Shown: positions 18,287 through 24,431 of the stretch, one piece after another | Numbering within the stretch: position 1 is the stretch's first letter | Layout of the letters: the number at the start of each line of letters is the position of its first letter | IMG/VR virus record: IMGVR_UViG_3300036800_000031 | Span: 25,254-89,253 of that record | Reading direction: 5' to 3' (one strand) | DNA length: 64,000 nucleotides | From: a virus | Notes under the pieces: generated by a model | What the model was told of the DNA's origin: nothing | Database searches by the model: none | The model's input: only the letters and a program-made list of their open reading frames with translations | Made by a program: the position numbers and the translations under genes

Positions 18287-18337
18287 TGGTGCCAGGCTTT
18301 CCGCCCCACTCGATCCCCGAAGGGTTACGAACCTGGC
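18287..18337 (-). ncRNA. mini tRNA-like RNA (7-bp stem plus ACCA)
   Basis: GCCAGGT/GCCTGGC-ACCA enclosing a CCC-TTCG-GGG hairpin. Confidence 0.4.
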
Positions 18338-18349
18338 TGGTGGTCTTCG

Positions 18350-18421
18350 TAGCGCGTGCGGGTGTTGATCCCGCGGCCTCCTGACTGAGAATCAGGCGTT
18401 CTCCCGTTGAACTAACGCGCC
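18350..18421 (-). tRNA. tRNA-Glu(CTC), A54 T-loop
   Basis: Loop TT-CTC-AG; T-loop ATCAACA. Confidence 0.8.
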
Positions 18422-18422
18422 T

Positions 18423-18497
18423 TGGTACAGCGACGGAGAATCGAACTCCGATTACCAGGGTGAAAACCTGGCCTCTTCGCCGTTAGAGGATCGCTGC
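18423..18497 (-). tRNA. tRNA-Glu(TTC)
   Basis: Loop TT-TTC-AC, CCA. Confidence 0.85.
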
Positions 18498-18563
18498 ATG
18501 AAGCTGAGTAGCCGCCACCCCAGGTACCCAGGTGACCAGTGAAGCCCCGGCGGACTGCCCCGG

Positions 18564-18647
18564 CGGAGAGTACAGGTGTCGATCCCGCGGACTTTCATCC
18601 GTATCCCTGCTTTCAAGGCAGGTTCCCAGGCCGCTGGGATACTCTCC
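18564..18647 (-). tRNA. tRNA-Ser(TGA), A54 T-loop
   Basis: GGAGAGT acceptor, loop CT-TGA-AA, long variable arm, G73. Confidence 0.82.
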
Positions 18648-19048
18648 CTGCTCGGGCTCGAACGGTGTTCTTGCCCTTGTAGGTTTCCGTCTGAGCGTGA
18701 CAGTTCGCGCAGAGCAGACGGAGATTCTCGATGCGGTGGTCATCGTTGATCCATCTCCAACGGAGCTGGCTCGCCGTTCCATTCGGTCAGGCCACACCGA
18801 TCACACTTCGGCTGCTTGATCCCCTCTCGGAGAAGCCGCCGTTTCACGTTGCCGGTGCTGTAGGTGGAGTGCTCCACTAGCACCGACTCCAGGGACCTCT
18901 GGTTGCCCCGTGGGGTCGCCCACGGCCTCGTGTGGGAGGTCGAGCAACTGATGGAGCAGTAGGCCCGCTGGGTCTGAGACAGGAAGTTGTGACAGGAGCC
19001 ATTCCCGCAAACATGCTGGCTGCGACCAGCGATCGGGAGCCAACTCAT
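18613..19048 (-). pseudogene. frameshifted HNH endonuclease
   Basis: Frame 1 ends PLEMDQR*; another frame resumes DDHRIENLRLLCANCHAQTETYKGKN; the DHxNG segment seen in the 16648 paralog is missing. Confidence 0.82.
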
Positions 19049-19093
19049 GACGACAGCTTACTATCCTGTTCGGGCGACCGAATGGCCGTCCAG

Positions 19094-19176
19094 CGGAAGT
19101 GGTCGGGGTCGAACCGACAGGGGCTTTCACCCGTAGACGCTTAGCGGGCGTCCTGCTCACCATTCGCATCACTTCC
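19094..19176 (-). tRNA. tRNA-Ser(GCT), C33
   Basis: Loop CC-GCT-AA, long variable arm, G73. Confidence 0.82.
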
Positions 19177-19180
19177 AAAG

Positions 19181-19248
19181 AACCCCCGCTGGGAATCGAA
19201 CCCAGCCAGCCGGTTTAGGAAACCAGCGCCCCTTCCACGGGCGAGGGC
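19181..19248 (-). tRNA. tRNA-Arg(CCT), reduced D arm
   Basis: Loop TT-CCT-AA; canonical T arm. Confidence 0.75.
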
Positions 19249-19249
19249 A

Positions 19250-19325
19250 TGGAGCCGACAGCCGGGATCGAACCGGCCACCTACGCGTTACGAGTGCGTC
19301 GCTCTCCCTACTGAGCTATGTCGGC
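19250..19325 (-). tRNA. tRNA-Thr(CGT)
   Basis: Loop CT-CGT-AA, CCA. Confidence 0.9.
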
Positions 19326-19326
19326 A

Positions 19327-19403
19327 TGGAGCCACGACGGGGGATCGAACCCCGGACCTCCTACTTACCAAGCAGGCGCTCTCCCTGACTGAGCTATCGC
19401 GGC
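19327..19403 (-). tRNA. tRNA-Thr(GGT)
   Basis: Loop TT-GGT-AA, CCA. Confidence 0.9.
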
Positions 19404-19477
19404 CGGACCGGCTAGACCATCAGCGCCCTTCCGGGTTGATTACGTCAGGGACGTTGTACACCGTCCTTTTCGCCGAG

Positions 19478-19546
19478 TGGCCAAGGTGGGACTCGAACCC
19501 ACAGGGCGTTCCTTCGGAGGGATCGCTGCATTCCATCGCCTTGGCC
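19478..19546 (-). tRNA. tRNA-Arg(CCG), atypical extended anticodon stem
   Basis: Perfect acceptor and T arms; GCGATCC-[CT-CCG-AA]-GGAACGC; minimal D arm. Confidence 0.6.
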
Positions 19547-19547
19547 C

Positions 19548-19623
19548 TGGTACCCCCATCCAGGGTCGAACTGAAATCTTCGGTTCCGTAGACCGACGCT
19601 CTGATCCATTGAGCTATGAGGGC
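19548..19623 (-). tRNA. tRNA-Arg(ACG)
   Basis: Loop CT-ACG-GA, CCA. Confidence 0.88.
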
Positions 19624-19630
19624 AAGAAAA

Positions 19631-19739
19631 AAGCGGACCTCCCACTCGCAGGCCGGTATGCCTTCCGACCCCGTACACTCGGCTCGGGCACCACCCCTTC
19701 GCCACGTCGCAATCATGCTGGTGGTAAGACGGTCCGCTT
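19631..19739 (-). ncRNA. unknown structured RNA closed by a 9-bp stem
   Basis: AAGCGGACC/GGTCCGCTT followed by a T run; inner ACCACC/GGTGGT. Confidence 0.4.
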
Positions 19740-19795
19740 TCGGGACAGCCGCCCTGTGGCGGCTTTTCATCGCAGGATTGCCTGCGCATCCCGAG

Positions 19796-19868
19796 CGGTC
19801 GTGACCGGTTTTGATCCGGCTACCTCCACCTTGACAGGGTGGCGCTCTCCCGAGTGAGCTACACGACC
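19796..19868 (-). tRNA. tRNA-Asp(GTC), A54 T-loop
   Basis: Loop CT-GTC-AA; T-loop ATCAAAA; G73. Confidence 0.85.
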
Positions 19869-19869
19869 T

Positions 19870-19946
19870 TGGTCCGCTAGACAGGATTTGAACCTGCGAC
19901 CTCATCGTCCCGAACGATGCGCGCTCCCTAGCTGCGCTACTAGCGG
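19870..19946 (-). tRNA. tRNA-Pro(CGG)
   Basis: Loop TT-CGG-GA, CCA. Confidence 0.9.
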
Positions 19947-19947
19947 T

Positions 19948-20021
19948 TGGCTCCCCAGCCAAGGGTCGAACTTGGATACCGAGATTCAGAATCTCGTGTG
20001 CTGCCATTACACCACCGGGGA
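19948..20021 (-). tRNA. tRNA-Gln(CTG)
   Basis: Loop TT-CTG-AA, U1-A72, CCA. Confidence 0.9.
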
Positions 20022-20094
20022 AGGCTGCGGACTCTGCCGCGGGTCACGCCTAGTTAGGGTCGGCGTTCACCCATGCCCGGTGATCAGTCGGGAG

Positions 20095-20166
20095 TCGGAT
20101 ACCGGAGAGTCGAACTCCGCTGGGCCTGGCCCCAAACCAGGTGCCTAACCGATCGGCATGTATCCG
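20095..20166 (-). tRNA. tRNA-Pro(TGG)
   Basis: Loop TT-TGG-GG; CGG start. Confidence 0.82.
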
Positions 20167-20240
20167 GTGTCGCTGTCTCTCCAGCAGCAACGTCTGGTAT
20201 CCCCAGGTCTAAGTAGGGGTTCGGGACGACGTTCTCCCGG

Positions 20241-20312
20241 TCGGACTGGAGGGGATCGAACCCTCGACTTCTCGGCCCCCAGCCGAGCGCTCTACCTCTG
20301 AGCCACAGTCCG
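20241..20312 (-). tRNA. tRNA-Pro(GGG)
   Basis: Loop CT-GGG-GG. Confidence 0.88.
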
Positions 20313-20320
20313 GTGAAACC

Positions 20321-20413
20321 TGACCCGCTGCCAGTAGACAGTTGCCCCGGAGGGCTTCACATGCGTGTGCACCTCGCATGAACGACGGAATGGATTATCA
20401 CCGTCCCGAGTCA
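20321..20413 (-). ncRNA. tRNA-shaped five-helix RNA without tRNA consensus loops
   Basis: TGACTCG/CGGGTCA closing four hairpins. Confidence 0.4.
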
Positions 20414-20416
20414 TTG

Positions 20417-20489
20417 TGCGCCCGGTGGGGTTTGAACCCACGACCTTGGGATTAAGAATCCCCTGCTCTCCCGGCTGAGCTACAAGCGC
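20417..20489 (-). tRNA. tRNA-Lys(CTT)
   Basis: Loop TT-CTT-AA. Confidence 0.88.
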
Positions 20490-20490
20490 C

Positions 20491-20575
20491 TGGTGCGTGT
20501 GGAGGGAGTCGAACCCTCAGCCCCGAAGGGCACCGCTTCTGGGGCGGCTGCGTATACCAGTTCCGCCACGAACGC
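20491..20575 (-). tRNA. tRNA-Leu(CAG), C33
   Basis: Loop CC-CAG-AA, long variable arm, CCA. Confidence 0.82.
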
Positions 20576-20610
20576 AGGATGGGCAGTTTTCAGACTTGGC
20601 CCAGGTCGCG

Positions 20611-20683
20611 TGGAGCCTACGAGGATCGAACTCGTTACCTCCTGTTTGCAAAACAGGCGCTCTCCCGGATGAGCTAAGGCCCC
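20611..20683 (-). tRNA. tRNA-Ala(TGC)
   Basis: Loop TT-TGC-AA, G3:U70. Confidence 0.92.
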
Positions 20684-20689
20684 AAAGCT

Positions 20690-20791
20690 AGGATGCGGGC
20701 TGCCATTACACCACCGCAGCCCCCGAGGGGGTGAAAGTTCCCTTGCGGTTGCTCTCTTACGCGACGTGGAATCGAACCACGACCTCATCCT
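20690..20791 (-). ncRNA. circularly permuted tRNA-like RNA (YrlA/Y-RNA-like topology)
   Basis: 5'-AGGATG-AGGT-CGTGG-TTCGATT-CCACG-TCGCG...TGCGG-TG-GTGTAATGGCAGCCC-G-CATCCT-3': T arm precedes D arm and the ends pair as the anticodon stem. Confidence 0.65.
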
Positions 20792-20793
20792 CG

Positions 20794-20872
20794 TCCGCCG
20801 CCTCAGAATCGAACTGAGCGTGCTTGCGCGGCTGGTTTACAGCCAGCCTGGCCCCCTTGGCGCGTGCGACGG
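20794..20872 (-). tRNA. tRNA-Tyr(GTA), C1-G72
   Basis: Loop CT-GTA-AA, small variable hairpin, A73. Confidence 0.78.
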
Positions 20873-21012
20873 ATGCGGGACGGTCGGTACCCGGGCAACT
20901 GCCCGGCCCGTCCCATTTGGACTATTCAGCGTGACGGGTTTTGTTCGGTACCGTCACTATCGCCTGCTACCTCCCTCACTCGCCATGACGGACGAGGTAC
21001 TGAGGTTTGAAG

Positions 21013-21046
21013 CATGGGTGGAGGGAGTCGAACCCCCCTTCACCTC
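21013..21046 (-). pseudogene. 3' half remnant of resident tRNA-Trp
   Basis: GGGGG-TTCGACT-CCCTC-CACCCAT-G; acceptor strand complements ATGGGTG at 21503-21509. Confidence 0.82.
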
Positions 21047-21047
21047 G

Positions 21048-21118
21048 CATGGGCGTCAGGAATCGAACCTGATCGGCGAGAGTTTTGGAGACTCTCCGGC
21101 TACCTCAGCCTCGCCCAT
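21048..21118 (-). tRNA. tRNA-Trp(CCA), reduced D arm, lying mostly within the HNH ORF
   Basis: ATGGGCG/CGCCCAT-G, loop CT-CCA-AA, canonical T arm. Confidence 0.82.
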
Positions 21119-21454
21119 ATGCGCTCGGAAGTAGGTGCGATCCCCGTGGCACAGGGCACACACCACTTCACACTTGGCTATCTCGGCCAGCAGCCGGGCA
21201 ACCGAAGCCGGAGAATGAGCCATCCGGTTGATACATCGGTCTTTCTCCTCGTCCCCGAGGTGGTCGAAGTGCATGTTCCAGAACCCGTACTGGATTCCAC
21301 AATCTGCACAGGGCCGGTTTTTGTGCTCTCGGACTATCGACCGATTGCGCTCCCGGTACTCGACTACTCGCTGCCGATACTGAGCCTTGTTGTTTCGATA
21401 ATGCTTCCTCTTGCTCTCCTTCAGTCGTGGATCTTCTAGGTCGAGATAGGCCAT
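21056..21454 (-). CDS. HNH endonuclease
   Basis: PCADCG...MHFDHL...EIAKCEVVCALCH..RT. Confidence 0.9.
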   Translation of the reverse strand: MAYLDLEDPRLKESKRKHYRNNKAQYRQRVVEYRERNRSIVREHKNRPCADCGIQYGFWNMHFDHLGDEEKDRCINRMAHSPASVARLLAEIAKCEVVCALCHGDRTYFRAHMGEAEVAGESPKLSPIRFDS

Positions 21455-21473
21455 GCCCTCAGCGTAGGTCCAG

Positions 21474-21509
21474 TGGAAGCCGCTGCTCTGCCCACTGAGC
21501 TACACCCAT
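21474..21509 (-). pseudogene. 5' half remnant of resident tRNA-Trp
   Basis: ATGGGTG-TA-GCTC-AGTGGGCA-GAGC-A-GCGGC-TT-CCA, ending right after the anticodon. Confidence 0.85.
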
Positions 21510-21510
21510 A

Positions 21511-21541
21511 AGAAAAGGCCACCCCTATTGGGATGGCCTCT
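21511..21541 (-). terminator. intrinsic terminator (attenuator) ahead of the tRNA array
   Basis: GAGGCCATCCC-AATA-GGGGTGGCC followed by TTTTCTT. Confidence 0.8.
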
Positions 21542-21569
21542 GGATTCTCCGCTTCTACTTCAGATGCGG

Positions 21570-21695
21570 TTACGAGAGGCTCACCCCTGGCTTGGCTTCG
21601 GTGGATGTATTCCACTGATAGCCGGGCACGAGGATCGACAGGCACGGCAACGCCGTCCCTCGATCTTCATAGCTCGGAAACAGTTGGAACCTCAT
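21570..21695 (-). CDS. putative leader peptide (41 aa) of tRNA-array attenuator
   Basis: MRFQLFPSYEDRGTALPCLSILVPGYQWNTSTEAKPGVSLS*; ATG 7 nt after the -10; last codons form the antiterminator strand. Confidence 0.7.
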   Translation of the reverse strand: MRFQLFPSYEDRGTALPCLSILVPGYQWNTSTEAKPGVSLS

Positions 21696-21702
21696 GACGT
21701 TC

Positions 21703-21730
21703 ATAGTACCCCGATTTCGAGGGGGGTCAA
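21703..21730 (-). promoter_or_regulatory. sigma70/SigA-type promoter of the tRNA array
   Basis: TTGACC-N16-TACTAT. Confidence 0.75.
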
Positions 21731-22368
21731 GTACCCTGTGCTGCCCGGCGGCTTGGAAGGCCCATCGTGTTGCCGATCTGCCCGCCGTTCATCCAGTGGT
21801 GCCAGGTCCAGGTGCGCTCCGGAAGGTGAGCGATTTTGTACCCGGAGCGGGCGAGCTTGATGGCGAAGTGGAACTCCTCCCCAGCCCGATTTCCGTCCTC
21901 ATCCTGACCCGGATCGAGAGGGTCGGTCCCGTCTTCCCAAAGGAACCCGTTGACCGCCAATGCCGCTTCGGTACGCACGAGGACGGTCACGGTGGTCTGG
22001 TGGGGATCGGCCAGATCGAACTCCCGTCCGAAGTTGTCAGGGAAGGGGTCCGAGCCGCCCATGACGTAGAACCAAGGGAACACCATGTCCGCCCCGGTCT
22101 CAATCTGCTTCTCCATCAGCCGTTGGAGGTGGTGCTCCCCGAACTCGTCGTCGTCATCCAGAAAGGCAACCCACTCGGTGTCCACCATTTCCAAGCCACG
22201 GGTGCGGGTGATGGCCGCTCCTACTCCGAAAACGTCGCTGGCGACGATCAGCGTATGGGGGAGAACGGTGCCCTTCTGGACGGAAGTAACCGCCCGGCCT
22301 AGAAGCTGTGCCCGCTCGGGGATGGTGGTGACGACGACGGTGATCCCCGGCCTTAGCTGGCTCGACAC
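21727..22368 (-). CDS. glycosyltransferase family 2
   Basis: ITVVVTT..R...L.RAV.SV, G.A.TR.RGL, WVAFLDDDD. Confidence 0.9.
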   Translation of the reverse strand: MSSQLRPGITVVVTTIPERAQLLGRAVTSVQKGTVLPHTLIVASDVFGVGAAITRTRGLEMVDTEWVAFLDDDDEFGEHHLQRLMEKQIETGADMVFPWFYVMGGSDPFPDNFGREFDLADPHQTTVTVLVRTEAALAVNGFLWEDGTDPLDPGQDEDGNRAGEEFHFAIKLARSGYKIAHLPERTWTWHHWMNGGQIGNTMGLPSRRAAQGT

Positions 22369-22994
22369 AGTGATCCCTCCTTGGTCCGTTGGAAATGACG
22401 ACGGTGCCGCTCGTCAGTTGGGAAAGACCTTCCGCAGGCATCACAATAAAACTCCCCCCTGGCTCTATCAGAGCGTTTTCGGGCTGCGTACTTTCGGCTG
22501 CTGACATTCCTGCACGTTCTACATGTTCGGTTTCCGTTCGCCCGGATAATCGTGTTGCTAAGGGTGAACCTATGACCCCGATTACAACAATCGAGAGCCT
22601 TGCGCCTTACTGCTATAGGCGAATGGGGAGCAGGGATAGGGCCTAGCTCCATGTGTCCAGGGTTCACACAGTGACGCAACCCGCACAAGTGAAGGGGCAT
22701 TTGTTCGTCGGGTATTGGGCCAACTAAAAGTTGGTAGGCATACTTGTCAGCCCTGACTGTCTTTGTCGGCCTCCCCTGTCCGGCTCCGAAGATCCCATAT
22801 CCTGTCCCTGGGTGTACAGCTGCCATCCAGACCCAACAACCGCCTTCCAGCTGTATATCGACTTTCTCCCAAAACCGTTCCACCGCATCCCTTCGTCGGA
22901 TCAGATTCCAACACTGGGGGTTACAAAATCTTTGACCACGACGACCCTGGAACTCATCCCCGCACTGTTCACAGATCAGACTTCGGTCAGTCAT
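22353..22994 (-). CDS. HNH endonuclease
   Basis: RFWEKVD...CWVW...GYG.F, LHLC..RHCVNPGH, C..GH...CRTC. Confidence 0.85.
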   Translation of the reverse strand: MTDRSLICEQCGDEFQGRRGQRFCNPQCWNLIRRRDAVERFWEKVDIQLEGGCWVWMAAVHPGTGYGIFGAGQGRPTKTVRADKYAYQLLVGPIPDEQMPLHLCGLRHCVNPGHMELGPIPAPHSPIAVRRKALDCCNRGHRFTLSNTIIRANGNRTCRTCRNVSSRKYAARKRSDRARGEFYCDACGRSFPTDERHRRHFQRTKEGSLCRAS

Positions 22995-23173
22995 CGTCCG
23001 GCGATCTTCTCGGTGAGCTTGTTGCCCGGCTCACAGTCGCGCCCGTCGTAGTAGTGGGTCATCCCATCGCCAGGCTGGCAGGCGGAGTCGCCCTTCTGCG
23101 GACCGTCCAGTTGGTCTGGAACGAACTGCTCGGTTATGCCGCATTGGCACTTTCTCGGTTTGGCATACCTCAC
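22991..23173 (-). CDS. hypothetical protein
   Basis: Small ORF with 4-nt overlaps on both sides. Confidence 0.5.
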   Translation of the reverse strand: MRYAKPRKCQCGITEQFVPDQLDGPQKGDSACQPGDGMTHYYDGRDCEPGNKLTEKIAGR

Positions 23174-23547
23174 TTACCCAGTTCCTTCCACGCCTCCAGC
23201 GCACCGTCAGCGGCTCGGTCAATCCACTCGTCGTAGTTGACGATTTCACATTCCGGGTTGGTGCAATGAGCCAGGTGCTCCGAGGTGATGAAGCACAACG
23301 GGCATCGGTCACTCCCGTCTTCGTTCTGGAACATCACCGACATCCCGACCGGGCTTTTCATCACGTTTCCGATGATCGCCCAGTGAGCCGACATCAGCGG
23401 ATCGAAGTTGTCGACGTTAGAGCCGTCTTGGGCCTCCGAGACTAGGTTCTTCACCGCTTGTTCCCCTCCCTCTGCTACCAGAGAGGAAAGTCCACGAGCG
23501 TCAATCGCCGCCCGCAATGCTGACCAGTGGTCGGTGCAGAACTTCAT
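23170..23547 (-). CDS. hypothetical protein
   Basis: ORF coupled by ATGA/GTGA overlaps. Confidence 0.7.
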   Translation of the reverse strand: MKFCTDHWSALRAAIDARGLSSLVAEGGEQAVKNLVSEAQDGSNVDNFDPLMSAHWAIIGNVMKSPVGMSVMFQNEDGSDRCPLCFITSEHLAHCTNPECEIVNYDEWIDRAADGALEAWKELGK

Positions 23548-24431
23548 GCTTTCATCGCCCTTCGGATGCCTTCCTCCAGGGTGACCTTCGGCTGGTAGTA
23601 GCGGAACATGAGGTCCGGGTTGGCGCAGCGGTAGAAGGCCCCGGTGGGCTTCTCAGATCGGGTCTGCATCTTCGGCTTGTATCCGAAGGCGGTGGTGACC
23701 ATCTCGGCCAAGGTGAGGAGGGAAGTCGGGACGCCCGTCCCCAAGTTGACCGGGCCTTGGAAGTTGGCCTCCAACATGGCCATCACCGCAGCCACGATGT
23801 CGTCAATGTGGATGAAGTCCCGCACTTGGTCCCCGGTTCCCCATACCGGAAAGGGGTCGGTCTTCTTCATCGCCCGGTCCAGGAAGGCGGTGAAGGGGTA
23901 GTCCACGCTTTGGTCGGTGCCGTAGCCGCTGAACGGCCGGAGGACCAAGATGTCGAGACCTTGGCGCTTCGCCTCACGGGCTTGGACTTCCCCGGTGAGC
24001 TTGGTCAAGCCATACATAGCGTCGGGGCAGGCGAGATTGTCCAGGTCGATTGAGTCCTCCCCGAGCCGCCGGGCCGCTGGGTACCGCTGAATGCTGATCG
24101 GGTAGGCGGCGGAGGAGGAGAAGTAGACGATCTTGGTCGGGGGGTTGCGCAGCGCCCACTGGAAGAACATCGAGTCGATGGCAAAGTCCTGAGCGACCGG
24201 CATGTCGTTGTGCTTCCGCTGGTCGATAGGGGGGATGGTGGCGGCGCAGTGAATGGCGAGGTCGAACTTCACCTCCACCGTCTGGAAGAACTTGATCGCG
24301 TCGATGGGTAGCGGCCCCCGGATGTCGAAACCGTAAGCGTCCCACCCGGTTTTTTCTAGGTAGGACTGGAAATGCCGCCCGACGAATCCGAGGTTCCCGG
24401 TGATCAGCGCCGTCTTCCGCTTCCGCCTCAC
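23544..24431 (-). CDS. NAD-dependent epimerase/dehydratase
   Basis: ITGNLGFVG Rossmann motif, SSSAAY, YGLTK, RPFSGYG, RDFIHIDD. Confidence 0.93.
   Translation of the reverse strand: MRRKRKTALITGNLGFVGRHFQSYLEKTGWDAYGFDIRGPLPIDAIKFFQTVEVKFDLAIHCAATIPPIDQRKHNDMPVAQDFAIDSMFFQWALRNPPTKIVYFSSSAAYPISIQRYPAARRLGEDSIDLDNLACPDAMYGLTKLTGEVQAREAKRQGLDILVLRPFSGYGTDQSVDYPFTAFLDRAMKKTDPFPVWGTGDQVRDFIHIDDIVAAVMAMLEANFQGPVNLGTGVPTSLLTLAEMVTTAFGYKPKMQTRSEKPTGAFYRCANPDLMFRYYQPKVTLEEGIRRAMKA

Noticed and set aside
20023-20090. Pyrrolysine-type or third amber-suppressor tRNA (loop CC-CTA-AC)
   Set aside because: No 7-bp acceptor stem, no U33, no CCA, and no pyl genes visible
15559-21439. Most ORF-track entries overlapping the tRNA array
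   Set aside because: Chance translations of tRNA sequence; only the HNHs, the 15758 ORF and the hand-found leader ORF were kept
14807-21509. CRISPR-like periodicity of TCGAACC
   Set aside because: These are tRNA T-loops; no identical direct repeats and no cas genes
21013-21509. Group I intron or prophage att site in tRNA-Trp
   Set aside because: Insert is almost entirely ORF plus tRNA with no room for a group I core; the resident 3' anticodon-stem strand is lost so splicing could not restore it; no integrase in the window
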